A stretch of 64,000 bases of DNA from an uncultured virus (IMG/VR IMGVR_UViG_3300041402_000811) (IMGVR_UViG_3300041402_000811), one strand, 5' to 3'. Numbered from the stretch's first letter, positions 19,161 through 29,129 are shown. The notes: a model not told the origin generated them from the sequence alone. Translations and numbers: made by a program.

Positions 19161-19225
19161 CCTGAAAGACTTTTTGTAATTTCAGATTTATTGGAAAATC
19201 ATCAATTACAATTACTACTTTCAGG
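19161..19225 (+). ncRNA. array unit 5: scaffold RNA with short hairpin insert
   Basis: cctgaaag/ctttcagg; ttgtaa/ttacaa; TTTCAGA. Confidence 0.65.
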
Positions 19226-19233
19226 TTTTACTT

Positions 19234-19300
19234 TGTGGGGTCACTCAGTATAGAAAAAAACCTATTCGGGGTTCTAAACCTATACTAATAGTACCCCACA
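19234..19300 (+). ncRNA. distinct hairpin RNA with bulged-C helix inside the array
   Basis: tgtggggt-C-act / agt-accccaca and agtatag/ctatact helices. Confidence 0.45.
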
Positions 19301-19308
19301 TCTTTTCT

Positions 19309-19367
19309 AAATGGACTTAATGTGATTTCAGACCTGCATAGTGTTAAGATTACATTTACTTCCATTT
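19309..19367 (+). ncRNA. array unit 6 (slightly degenerate scaffold)
   Basis: aaatgga/tccattt; GACTTAATGTGATTTCAGA ... TTACAT. Confidence 0.6.
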
Positions 19368-19464
19368 TTTTGAAAGGAAATTGATGAAAGATTCTTTTAT
19401 TCTAAAACATTGGTTATAATTGCTTTACGTCGTCAGAAACATTTAAAGGGAAAGGAGATCTAAA

Positions 19465-20976
19465 GTGCCAGGAGAGTTAGGATTAATTGATTCAGGTATA
19501 TTGCAGTTTGCTCCAAAGGGAGCTTATTATGAAGGAAAAGATGAGCAATATAATGCCATCAATAGCATGTGGGAAAGTCTATTTAAATATGATAGAACTT
19601 TATTTTCTTTGCTAATGTTGTTAAATGGAACAGGTTTTGCAAAGGGATCAATGTCTCACATCTTATTATCGAATCCATTAGAGGAATCCAAACTTCCAGT
19701 ATTAGATAACCTACCTTCCCATTTTGAGAAGGATATTATAAACTATGCTCTTTATAAGGAGAGAACTCCAAGAGCATTGAAAAATTTATTAATGTTAACA
19801 GGAGCAGAAGGGCACAGTAAAGTTAATAATTCTAGAACAAGAAAAATGATTTTAGAATTTATATTCAATCGAGATAATAATAATCTTGATAATCTTGCTG
19901 TGAATTATAAAGGCAAACTTCAAACGCTGATTACACATGCTCTTGGAAAACAAGATCTAGCAAAAATTCTTGGTGGTGACAAAAAATCATTTGAAAAATT
20001 CATTGGAAAATATAATAGACATTCTTTTCCTGTAGTTCTTCATATATTCAATATGGATATTCCAACTGTGGGAGCTTACTTTCCAATGATTGAAAAATAT
20101 TATAAACTTCGAAACGCAGCACAAGAGAAAAATATTACAGAATTTAAAAAATTAATGAAGGGCATGCCAGAAAGAACAGTCATGGGTATGAGGAATTTAT
20201 ATAAAGTTAACATTCCTATATCTGAATTAAAAGATGAAACTACCAAATCACAAAAGGATAGAATTCAAGGACAGGCAGCAGCTAAAAGAGCTGGAACAAA
20301 GATAGATATTGATTATAAAAAACAAGATATCTATGACTTATTTAAATTTCTATATTTTAAAATCAAAAACAATGATGGTGAGGATTTTAATAAAATATTA
20401 TATGCCATTGATCACGTTGCAGGCAAACTTCCTAAAATAGATATTGGAGAATGTGTAGTAGTTATGGATGCTTCACATTCAATGATGGGAAGTGATGAAA
20501 GACCAATGCATCCATTTCTAACTGGACTATCTATTACTGCAACTCTCAAAAATATAAGAGAGTATATATATGTTGGAGGAGAAACAGCTAAAATGGAAGG
20601 TAATGATTTTCCAGAAATTGTAGTTCCTTGCAATAGTACAGATTTATGGAGAGGATTGATCAAAGCTGTTAAAACAGGTGTTGAAAATATAGTTATCATT
20701 TCAGATGGTTATGAAAACACCATCAAAGGAATGTTCAAACACGTATATGATCACTTAAAAAAGAATGGATATAAGTTCAAAGTAACTCATATCAATCCTG
20801 TATTTTCAGCTTCATCTGTTAATGGTTCAACAAGAAAATTAGCAGATGATATTAAATCTATGCCAGTAGGAAACTATAAGTATTTAGAAACAGAAGTTAT
20901 TTTTTCTAGACTTGTAGAGGATAAGGAAATGGTTAAAAAAATATTAATCTCAAAATATAGAAATTTACTTCAATAA
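19465..20976 (+). CDS. TROVE/Ro60-like protein: helical N-terminal region plus C-terminal vWA domain
   Basis: MIDAS-like VVVMDASHSM, TDL and IVIISDGYEN; about 500 aa like Ro60; adjacent RNA array. Confidence 0.6.
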   Translation: MPGELGLIDSGILQFAPKGAYYEGKDEQYNAINSMWESLFKYDRTLFSLLMLLNGTGFAKGSMSHILLSNPLEESKLPVLDNLPSHFEKDIINYALYKERTPRALKNLLMLTGAEGHSKVNNSRTRKMILEFIFNRDNNNLDNLAVNYKGKLQTLITHALGKQDLAKILGGDKKSFEKFIGKYNRHSFPVVLHIFNMDIPTVGAYFPMIEKYYKLRNAAQEKNITEFKKLMKGMPERTVMGMRNLYKVNIPISELKDETTKSQKDRIQGQAAAKRAGTKIDIDYKKQDIYDLFKFLYFKIKNNDGEDFNKILYAIDHVAGKLPKIDIGECVVVMDASHSMMGSDERPMHPFLTGLSITATLKNIREYIYVGGETAKMEGNDFPEIVVPCNSTDLWRGLIKAVKTGVENIVIISDGYENTIKGMFKHVYDHLKKNGYKFKVTHINPVFSASSVNGSTRKLADDIKSMPVGNYKYLETEVIFSRLVEDKEMVKKILISKYRNLLQ

Positions 20977-20993
20977 AGGGAGGATCCAAAAAT

Positions 20994-21965
20994 ATGTCAA
21001 TATTGAAAACATTAGGATTTACAAATCTTAATGCTGGAACCGTTCAAGTTGTGGATGAAATGACAGTAGTGCCCTTAATTAGTGAAGATTTAGGACAAGT
21101 TGCTGAACCATTTTCATTGAAATTCAGACGAACAAACACTTATGGTTCCATGATTTATGAGAATTTAGATAAGGAATCTCCTGCGATCATTCCCAATAAT
21201 ATTATGGTGAGAGGATTGAGTGCACAGGATCACGCAATGGCAGGATCAGGAGTGGTTAAAGCTGAAAAATCAAAAACATTCAATAATGCTTGCTGTATTG
21301 AATCAAGTCAAGGTGGATATCTAGGTGAAGAAAATAATGAATATGATATCTTGCCTGTTCAGCTTCGTAAGAAACTTATTCCATTAGATATAAGAAATAA
21401 AAAAAGTTATGATAAATTATGGCCAGAAATTACAGCATGGTTGAAAGGTACTATTGATGTATCTCCTCGTTTCTCAAGTGCCCATCTAAGATATTTCTAT
21501 GATGATCCTGAAATAAAGAAATCTCTTGAAACATTCTCCGCTGAATTTGAACCTGTATTAAATCAAATCGGTGCTATTATATTATTTACAGATAACATTG
21601 TTGGTATAGAAGTTATGCCAACTCTTTCACATTGGTATTATTACTGGAAATTATTAATTCGTGGATGTTATGGAGCTGAATTATTAAGACGTAAAAAATT
21701 AAATATAATTAAACCAGCTAAATTGAAACTTCCAAAACTTCCAAAAGATATTGATCAGATATCTTTAGTTGGCGATACTTATACAGATGGTATTCGTCAA
21801 AACATTATTAAAAAATTAGACACTATTAATTTGAAAACAACTTCAACTATTATAGAAAAAGTTGAAGATATTAATATTATATTATTAAACAGTGAATCAG
21901 GTGGTAGCGGTGGAGATTTGATTACTCAAAAAGATAAACCAATATATCTTTCTATAGTGATGTAA
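20994..21965 (+). CDS. ARPP/DUF6569-like protein
   Basis: Q...MTVVPL, AQDHA, ACCIESSQGG and FEPVLNQIGAII patterns recalled for ARPP-type proteins. Confidence 0.5.
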   Translation: MSILKTLGFTNLNAGTVQVVDEMTVVPLISEDLGQVAEPFSLKFRRTNTYGSMIYENLDKESPAIIPNNIMVRGLSAQDHAMAGSGVVKAEKSKTFNNACCIESSQGGYLGEENNEYDILPVQLRKKLIPLDIRNKKSYDKLWPEITAWLKGTIDVSPRFSSAHLRYFYDDPEIKKSLETFSAEFEPVLNQIGAIILFTDNIVGIEVMPTLSHWYYYWKLLIRGCYGAELLRRKKLNIIKPAKLKLPKLPKDIDQISLVGDTYTDGIRQNIIKKLDTINLKTTSTIIEKVEDINIILLNSESGGSGGDLITQKDKPIYLSIVM

Positions 21966-22132
21966 TGGATAATCAAGAACTTGAGAGACTAATCAAAAAA
22001 ATAAGGAGAAGATTAGTGGCATTTATACAAAGTCCATCTACTGCTCCTAAAATCATCGTCGCTATCGCTCAAGCGTGTGGAATAAAAATCCCACTCGAAG
22101 TTGAGAAGAAATACGATTCTAAAGAATCCTAA
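21965..22132 (+). CDS. small hypothetical protein (55 aa, MDNQELERLIKK...)
   Basis: ATG overlaps the previous stop (TAATG); open to TAA 22130-22132; not in the ORF track. Confidence 0.5.
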   Translation: MDNQELERLIKKIRRRLVAFIQSPSTAPKIIVAIAQACGIKIPLEVEKKYDSKES

Positions 22133-22327
22133 AAGAACCACCCTGATTGTTTCGATGATCTGTGGTATTCGCTTTTAGTCTTTATGGTTCATATGAACCC
22201 TAAAAGACGCACCCCTGTCATTTCGGTGACCTGTGGTATTTGCTTTTAGTTATTAATTTTAGTTATTAATTTAACTATTATTAAGACTATTAGCAAATAC
22301 CACAGGTCATTGGAATGGCAGGGGTGC
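22128..22327 (+). repeat. two ~52-bp direct repeats plus a downstream inverted copy
   Basis: copies 22128-22179 and 22199-22250; inverted copy 22292-22327; palindrome ggttcatatgaacc 22186-22199. Confidence 0.8.
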
Positions 22328-22380
22328 TATTTAATCTTCTGTTTTGTTGTTCTAAATTTTTTTACATTGGGAGCTAATTA

Positions 22381-22980
22381 ATGAGTTTATTAAATGATAG
22401 ATACATGCGAAGAGTTTCAACTGAAAGATATATTGAACAATTAGGAGCAGAGGTTTATCCTGTTGCACTTATTAAATTTTTATTAAATAAAAGAAGAATT
22501 ATGAGTTATTTTTTGGAAGCAATAGATCAAAATTTCAATCCAAAGTTTAAATTCGATTTAGATACCGAGAATTGCGAAGGATGTAAAATGAGAAAAGATG
22601 AAGGACTACTTTGTCGCCAACATACATCAATTCGTAGAGTGTTGAATGCTAATTCAGTTGCATTTGATTTGGATACATATACTTATCTTTATCAAAATGA
22701 AATCTATCGAATGATTGAAAATAAATTAGTAATTATTTACTGTCCACATCCTAAATTAATATCAGGAGACATAACAGATTCAAAAGTAAGAAGGATAAAT
22801 CCTATAACAGTTGAGGATCCAAAATTACAAAATCTTCCAATATATAATAAAGTTTGTAATTTTATATCATCAGAATTATTAGATGTACATATGAGTTGTT
22901 GGTTTAATAATGAATTTACAATAGTGACAATACCCGCAGATAGACATGGGCAAAACTGGTGCCTGTTTCCAAACAGGTAA
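22381..22980 (+). CDS. hypothetical protein with CxxC..C..H motif
   Basis: 199-aa ORF; CEGC...LCRQH. Confidence 0.6.
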   Translation: MSLLNDRYMRRVSTERYIEQLGAEVYPVALIKFLLNKRRIMSYFLEAIDQNFNPKFKFDLDTENCEGCKMRKDEGLLCRQHTSIRRVLNANSVAFDLDTYTYLYQNEIYRMIENKLVIIYCPHPKLISGDITDSKVRRINPITVEDPKLQNLPIYNKVCNFISSELLDVHMSCWFNNEFTIVTIPADRHGQNWCLFPNR

Positions 22981-23004
22981 AACTTAATAGGAGGAAAGAG
23001 AACT

Positions 23005-23961
23005 ATGACTGGATTTGAAGAGTATGGAGAATTACAAGGAGTTGGATTTCAAGGACAAACAGAATCAATACCACCAGAAGAAGAATTTTTCAAGAGTATT
23101 TACATTGCTGGTATTACAAGAAAGAATCATATTAATATAGAAGAAATAGCAGGTAAAATACAAATTAGAGGATTGGAATATAATCTAACTGAAGTTAATA
23201 TGATTATTACTCATACAAAACCAATACTTGTTAGAGAACCAGAGAAAGGAACTAGAGATATGTTCTCTTGCTTCTCATATAAGAATGGTCCTGCACCATG
23301 GTTTGGAACAACTCAACTTGAAGATGGAAGACCAAGACCTTGTCCTGCAACAGCTTCCGAAAGAGCTCTCGTTGATTTCTGTGCTCCTTGTAGAGGACAA
23401 ATTCTTGTTGCAGGAGTTTATTGTAATCCTGATGGAACACCAGCTACAGATTCAGAAGGAAAACCCACATTTATATTTCTAAGGGGTAAAGGGGTAAAGT
23501 ATGGAAATATATCAGGTTATCTTGATGAAATGTATAAATTAGAATTATCTCCTATTTTTGAACCTGTTACAGATCAGAGTCAAGAATTTGAAAGAGTAGT
23601 TGTGAATAATAAACGTCACGTCACTCGAATTACAATGGGACAAACCACTACAAGATATGGTGATAAAAATGTTTTTGTATTAGAAAAAGGTCCTAAATTA
23701 GATAATCAATCTGTAATGAATGTATTAGACGTTACTAAAAAGACTATGGAAAAGTTTAATGAAAAATTTGACTGGAGTAAAAAACGAAAACCAGCAAGAC
23801 CTGATGGTGTTCTAGCAATGGATGCTCCAGAAACGGATCATACAGCTCCTGATGAATCAAATACTGCTGATCCAAAATCTACAGAACAACCTGCTGAAAC
23901 ATCTGCTGAAACACCTCCACCTTCAGAAAAAACATTTAGCTTTGATAAAATTGAGTTTTAA
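23005..23961 (+). CDS. putative single-stranded DNA-binding / recombination protein
   Basis: GGAGG RBS; low-complexity acidic tail ending FDKIEF as in phage SSBs; function is inference. Confidence 0.4.
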   Translation: MTGFEEYGELQGVGFQGQTESIPPEEEFFKSIYIAGITRKNHINIEEIAGKIQIRGLEYNLTEVNMIITHTKPILVREPEKGTRDMFSCFSYKNGPAPWFGTTQLEDGRPRPCPATASERALVDFCAPCRGQILVAGVYCNPDGTPATDSEGKPTFIFLRGKGVKYGNISGYLDEMYKLELSPIFEPVTDQSQEFERVVVNNKRHVTRITMGQTTTRYGDKNVFVLEKGPKLDNQSVMNVLDVTKKTMEKFNEKFDWSKKRKPARPDGVLAMDAPETDHTAPDESNTADPKSTEQPAETSAETPPPSEKTFSFDKIEF

Positions 23962-23981
23962 AATAGAGAGGAATCATTCTA

Positions 23982-24347
23982 ATGAAAACGTTTGAATTAA
24001 AATGTGAATGTGGAATGATAATAAAAGAATTAAGTGTTTCAATTATAAAAAAATATAGATCAGATTTTATTATACAAGATGGAATTGGTGATAGAAATGC
24101 AGATCGTCTTGTCTCTTTATTTGGAAAAAATTCTTTTTTAGATACTTTCCTCTATGAAGAAGGTAGAGAATATTTTAGTGGAGGAGTAAATAAAATAATG
24201 TATAACTGTAAGATCTGTGGCGAAGTTACAATAAATGAACATGATACTCCAAACATAAATGATTTTATTAGAGATTCTGAATTTATATTTTTTGGGGATG
24301 ATATTAAAGAATTTTCATATGGAAAATTAAAAATAAATAAACTTTAA
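23982..24347 (+). CDS. hypothetical Zn-ribbon protein
   Basis: CECG and CKICG. Confidence 0.55.
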   Translation: MKTFELKCECGMIIKELSVSIIKKYRSDFIIQDGIGDRNADRLVSLFGKNSFLDTFLYEEGREYFSGGVNKIMYNCKICGEVTINEHDTPNINDFIRDSEFIFFGDDIKEFSYGKLKINKL

Positions 24348-24374
24348 TTAAACTTTGTATCAAGGAGAGTTTGA

Positions 24375-25595
24375 ATGCCAAGTCAAAATACCCCAGTACA
24401 AGAACAAAAATATTATGAAAAACTAAATATTTCGGTCCTCTCTATTAGTCGAATTAAAGAATTACTTAAAGATGATATTAAATCAACTCTGATTTGTTGG
24501 CAACAAGGAAGAGATGTTGATAGACAATGCTATCGAATTATTGGACCAGCAGGTGTTGGAAAGACTCAAATATGCTATCAAATAGTTGAAGAACTATCAG
24601 AAGAAGTGGGTATTCCATTTCAACTTATTATGATAAAAGCTCCCGTTCTATCAAGGGATGATTTTATAATTCCATTTCCTGTTATTAATAATGGAAATGA
24701 AAAATTCAAAATGTTGTATTCAGACTTCGTTCCAGAAGGTGATGATACATATGGTTTGTTTGTCATAGATGAGTGTGGTCGTGGCGATCATGCATTACAA
24801 CAATTATTATGGCAAGTTCAAAATGAATATTCAATTCATAGATATGACTTTCCAAAACATTGGTTTGTTATATCAATTGATAATCCAGATGACTCTGAAT
24901 ATTCAATGGATATTATTGAGGATGCTGCAGGTCTTCGTCGAAATCTTCACGTTTATACAGAAGTAAGTGCTAAAGATTTTCTTGACTATGCTATTAAAAA
25001 AGATTTTCATCCATTTGTCATTGAGTATATTCAGACACATCCAGAAAGAGTTTATGATTGGCAATCCCAAAAGGTTGGTGCAGTTTATGCTAATCCTGCA
25101 AGTTGGGAAAAGATTTCAGATCATCTCTGGAAAATGGAAATAGCACATGGAAAAATAGATTTTGATAAGTTTGAACCTAAAGCTTCTGGTTTAATTAACA
25201 CTAATCAAACTCGATTATTTTTAGAATTTGCAAGAGATAAACGAGATATTAATCCAAAAGATATTTTCTATAATTTTAATAAAGTAGAAAAACAGATAAA
25301 GAATCTTATTAAAAATAACGATAATTCTAAACTTGGTGAACTAATGACAAGTTTTGGAACCTTTATGGTTACCACAATGCCTTCCTATCAAAGTGATAAT
25401 CTAAAAAATGTTATTGAATTTCTATTATTAATGCCTGTTGATACAGCAGCATTGTTTATGTCTCAAATAGATCAATATGAAAGATCATCAAAATCATTTC
25501 AATACATGACAAAACTCCACGTAATATTGACTCAAAAATCACATAAATACAAAAGAGAATTCTATGATCCACTGGTTGGACTTGGACTAGAATAA
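24375..25595 (+). CDS. AAA+ ATPase (MoxR/dynein-related type)
   Basis: Walker A GPAGVGKT, Walker B FVIDE; followed by a vWA partner. Confidence 0.8.
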   Translation: MPSQNTPVQEQKYYEKLNISVLSISRIKELLKDDIKSTLICWQQGRDVDRQCYRIIGPAGVGKTQICYQIVEELSEEVGIPFQLIMIKAPVLSRDDFIIPFPVINNGNEKFKMLYSDFVPEGDDTYGLFVIDECGRGDHALQQLLWQVQNEYSIHRYDFPKHWFVISIDNPDDSEYSMDIIEDAAGLRRNLHVYTEVSAKDFLDYAIKKDFHPFVIEYIQTHPERVYDWQSQKVGAVYANPASWEKISDHLWKMEIAHGKIDFDKFEPKASGLINTNQTRLFLEFARDKRDINPKDIFYNFNKVEKQIKNLIKNNDNSKLGELMTSFGTFMVTTMPSYQSDNLKNVIEFLLLMPVDTAALFMSQIDQYERSSKSFQYMTKLHVILTQKSHKYKREFYDPLVGLGLE

Positions 25596-25616
25596 AACTA
25601 ATATAAAGGAGTCAGT

Positions 25617-26897
25617 ATGCCAGGTGAACAAACACACCAACGATTTAAAGAGTTATTTGCAAAATTTGTTCTCAAGTATAATTACTGGGGGTATTTGTTT
25701 TCCAGAATAAGAAGAAAACCATCTGAAAATATTCCATCCATTATGGGAGTAGCTCCTGAAATGGATGGAACTATAACTTTATGGTATCATCCTAAGTTAG
25801 TTGATGGAACAGATGAAAAGAATCTCACAAAAATTCTTGAGCACGAAGGTATGCATTTATTAAATAAACATATAGCAAGATTAATAAGAATTATTGCAGA
25901 TGAAACAGATATAACTAAATTACATATTAAAATAGATTTATGGAATCTAGCAGCTGATGCTGCCTCTAATCACCAAGCACAATTTGAAGATGATCTTATT
26001 GTAGATGGAGAACCTTGGCCACTTATATTTCCAGCAAGTATAGGACTTCCAGAAAATAAAACTGCTGAATTTTACTATTATGAGTTATTAAAAAAGAATA
26101 AAGACGACATGGAAAAATTTGCAAAGGAAATGAAAAAGATATTTAAAATATTAGATAGTCATTCAGAATGGTCAAAAGGTTTATCAAAAGCTGGTGATCC
26201 AAGCACTTTATCAAGAAAGATAGATAGTTTTATTACAGATATTATAAGAGAATCTGTTAAAAGTTTTTCAAGAGATAAAGGAAATTTGCCAGCACATATA
26301 CGTGAGTTAGTTGAGCAAGCATTAGGACCTCCAAAGGTTCCATATTATGCTCTTATTAAAAAACTTATTAAAGGAAGCAGATTATCTAAATTCAAAAGGT
26401 CACATACAAAAGTTAATCGAAAGAGAGGTTATGTATTTGTAATTGGAACAAAGGATGGTATACCAGAAATCTCACCTTTTCCAGGAAGAACTAGAGACTT
26501 TACATTCAAAATAGGTATCGTGATTGATACATCAGGAAGTATGACAATAGAATGGATTGCAGAAGGTCTCTCTGGAGTCAAAAATATATTAGAAAAAGAT
26601 AGACACTGTCATGTTACAGTGATGCAAGTTGATACAGTAGTTGAAAGTGAGTATCAACCCAAGAAAATTAGAGATATTAGATTTGAAGCAAAAGGAAGAG
26701 GTGGAACAGAATTATATCCTGGTTTGAAAAGATGTAGAGAATTAGAAGTTGATGTCTGCCTAGTATTTACAGATGGACATTGTGAAAATATAAATACAAT
26801 ACCTCGAAAGTTATTACCAAAAAAAATCATTTGGGTTATAACTCCAAGTGGAAGTCCAGATAAAATTAATAAAACTGGATATGTAATAAGAATTTAA
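25617..26897 (+). CDS. metallopeptidase-like plus vWA domain protein (DUF2201-like)
   Basis: HEGMH, WNLAAD, IDTSGSM, GRGGT, FTDG. Confidence 0.8.
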   Translation: MPGEQTHQRFKELFAKFVLKYNYWGYLFSRIRRKPSENIPSIMGVAPEMDGTITLWYHPKLVDGTDEKNLTKILEHEGMHLLNKHIARLIRIIADETDITKLHIKIDLWNLAADAASNHQAQFEDDLIVDGEPWPLIFPASIGLPENKTAEFYYYELLKKNKDDMEKFAKEMKKIFKILDSHSEWSKGLSKAGDPSTLSRKIDSFITDIIRESVKSFSRDKGNLPAHIRELVEQALGPPKVPYYALIKKLIKGSRLSKFKRSHTKVNRKRGYVFVIGTKDGIPEISPFPGRTRDFTFKIGIVIDTSGSMTIEWIAEGLSGVKNILEKDRHCHVTVMQVDTVVESEYQPKKIRDIRFEAKGRGGTELYPGLKRCRELEVDVCLVFTDGHCENINTIPRKLLPKKIIWVITPSGSPDKINKTGYVIRI

Positions 26898-26917
26898 TAA
26901 TTATTTAACGGGAGGAT

Positions 26918-28711
26918 TTGGATAGAATGTCAAAATCTTACGATTCTAAAGACATTAGAGTTTTAGAAGAGCTTGAGCATATTAGGTTGAATCCAAGTAT
27001 GTATATTGGGTCAACCACGGATCCAACTCACCTCGTTGAAGAAGCAATTGACAATGCTCTCGACGAAGCATTGGCAGGTTATGCAACAATTATAGCTGTA
27101 AATATTAATACTAAAAAACATATTTGCAGTATATTAGATAATGGAAGGGGCATCCCAATAACAGAGGATGTCCCTATTATTATTTCATCTAAACTATTCT
27201 CGGGAGCGAAGTTTCAAGATAAGAAAACTGCATATGAAATAAGTTCAGGTCTTCATGGTGTTGGTTTAGTAGCTGTTAATGCTTTGAGCAGTCAGTATAA
27301 AATTGAAATATATAGAGATGGTAAGCATGCTATATTCAATTTTAAAAAAGCAAAGTTAAAAAGTAAAGTAATTGAACCAAATGGAGACTCACCATTTTCA
27401 ACAAAAATTGAATTTATGCCAGATAAAAAATTCTTTGAAACTTTAATTCCGAATATAGATAGAATAAGAAAAAGATTAATCACAGCATCTGCTGAATTGG
27501 ATAAAAAGATAACATTCATACTACAAGTAGATGATGAGAAAGAAATTATTAAATTAAGTTTAGAACAGCATTTCCTGGAAAATTGTTTATCAACAGGTGT
27601 GGCGCAAACAATATTACTTTTAAATTCTGAACACAAACCAGAAAGATTCAGAATAATGATGGCATATGAAAATGGAGGTTCAATATCTCCCAAAGTATTA
27701 TCATCAGTTAACTTGTTACCAGTAGAAGGAGGAGGGAGTCATGTAAATTGTTTCTATGATTTACTTAGAGATTTCTTTACAGCTAAAGCAAAAAAGCTAG
27801 ATTATAAATTTCAACCCAACGATGTATTATATGGATTGAGAGCATATCTAATGTTGAGTTTAGTTGAACCAAAATTCTCTGGACAAACAAAAGATAAATT
27901 AACAAATAGAAGAGTTTATTTTGATAGGTTTATGAGAGATTGTAAATATCAATTAGAAGTATTTGCAAATAATAACTCATCAAAGATTAATGAATTTTTA
28001 GAGAGATTTCAATCTTATAGAAAAAAACTTGATGCTAAAAAACTATCAATGAATGGAACAGGTGGAAGAAGAGCATCAACAAAATTTACAAAGCTCAGGG
28101 ATTGTACAAGTAGAAATGGTGAGTTATTTGTTGTTGAAGGTGATTCAGCAGGAGGTTCAATCATTCAAAGTCGAAATCCAAATCTACATGCTGTATTACC
28201 ATTGAGAGGAAAATCAATTCCAAACGTTACAGTTAAAAAGAATATCCTCAAGAATAAAGAAGTCGGGGAATTAGTCATGGCAATTGGAGCAGGAATTGGT
28301 CCTCACTTTGACATATCTAAAATGAGATATAGTAAAATTATATGTGCTACAGATGCAGATCATGATGGAGCACATATTGCTTGTCTATTAACAATGGTTA
28401 TGGGAATATTATTACCTGATGTTATTAAAGAGGGAAGATACTATATAGCACAAACTCCACTATTTGCAATCAATGAGAAGAAAGCATTTATTCCATTATG
28501 GTCAGAAGAAGAATTAGAAAAAGCAAGAACAGCGGGAAGAACTATTCAAAGATATAAAGGATTAGGTGAGATGAATCCTGCAGAATTAAAGATAAGTTTA
28601 TTAGATGAAGCTACAAGAAATCTAACTCGAGTTGAATACAGTCATGATATTGAATCTTTAATTAAACTATTTTCGAGCGCTGAAGAAAAAAGAAAGTTGG
28701 TAACTAGATAA
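26918..28711 (+). CDS. type IIA DNA topoisomerase, ATPase/TOPRIM subunit (GyrB/ParE-like)
   Basis: EAIDNALDE, DNGRGIP, GLHGVG, VEGDSAGG, PLRGK, DADHDG, RYKGLGEM. Confidence 0.92.
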   Translation: MDRMSKSYDSKDIRVLEELEHIRLNPSMYIGSTTDPTHLVEEAIDNALDEALAGYATIIAVNINTKKHICSILDNGRGIPITEDVPIIISSKLFSGAKFQDKKTAYEISSGLHGVGLVAVNALSSQYKIEIYRDGKHAIFNFKKAKLKSKVIEPNGDSPFSTKIEFMPDKKFFETLIPNIDRIRKRLITASAELDKKITFILQVDDEKEIIKLSLEQHFLENCLSTGVAQTILLLNSEHKPERFRIMMAYENGGSISPKVLSSVNLLPVEGGGSHVNCFYDLLRDFFTAKAKKLDYKFQPNDVLYGLRAYLMLSLVEPKFSGQTKDKLTNRRVYFDRFMRDCKYQLEVFANNNSSKINEFLERFQSYRKKLDAKKLSMNGTGGRRASTKFTKLRDCTSRNGELFVVEGDSAGGSIIQSRNPNLHAVLPLRGKSIPNVTVKKNILKNKEVGELVMAIGAGIGPHFDISKMRYSKIICATDADHDGAHIACLLTMVMGILLPDVIKEGRYYIAQTPLFAINEKKAFIPLWSEEELEKARTAGRTIQRYKGLGEMNPAELKISLLDEATRNLTRVEYSHDIESLIKLFSSAEEKRKLVTR

Positions 28712-28732
28712 AACAACAAAGGAGAATAAAAA

Positions 28733-29116
28733 ATGGGTCTTGATATTGAAAAAATTAAAGAGTCTTCAACATGGATTCCTGATAAAAGAGCAATACAATG
28801 GACCGAACAATGGATAGGAAATCAATTAAAAAAATCTGAATGCTTTATATGGGTATCATCTTTTTTCTCAATTAAATTTTCTACAGACTTAAATTATGCT
28901 ACTATAACTGATGTAAACTTTCCTATTTATGAACCCTCTGAAAAAACTTTTGAAAATTTAGCAAGAACAATAAAAATATTAGAAAAATTAAACTATAACG
29001 TTGATTCTAATGAAAAAATAGTTGCAAATTTAGGTATAGAAACAAGAGTTATTGATGATCGAACTATTGATAAATATATATATATACCCAAGTCAAAATA
29101 TTCTGATAAAAATTAG
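28733..29116 (+). CDS. hypothetical protein
   Basis: 127-aa ORF with AGGAG RBS. Confidence 0.55.
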   Translation: MGLDIEKIKESSTWIPDKRAIQWTEQWIGNQLKKSECFIWVSSFFSIKFSTDLNYATITDVNFPIYEPSEKTFENLARTIKILEKLNYNVDSNEKIVANLGIETRVIDDRTIDKYIYIPKSKYSDKN

Positions 29117-29129
29117 TAAGAGGTAAAAT

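Noticed and set aside
18741..19367. CRISPR array interpretation of the repeats
   Set aside because: Repeats are bipartite and covary rather than being identical, inserts vary from about 14 to 60 nt, and no cas genes are visible
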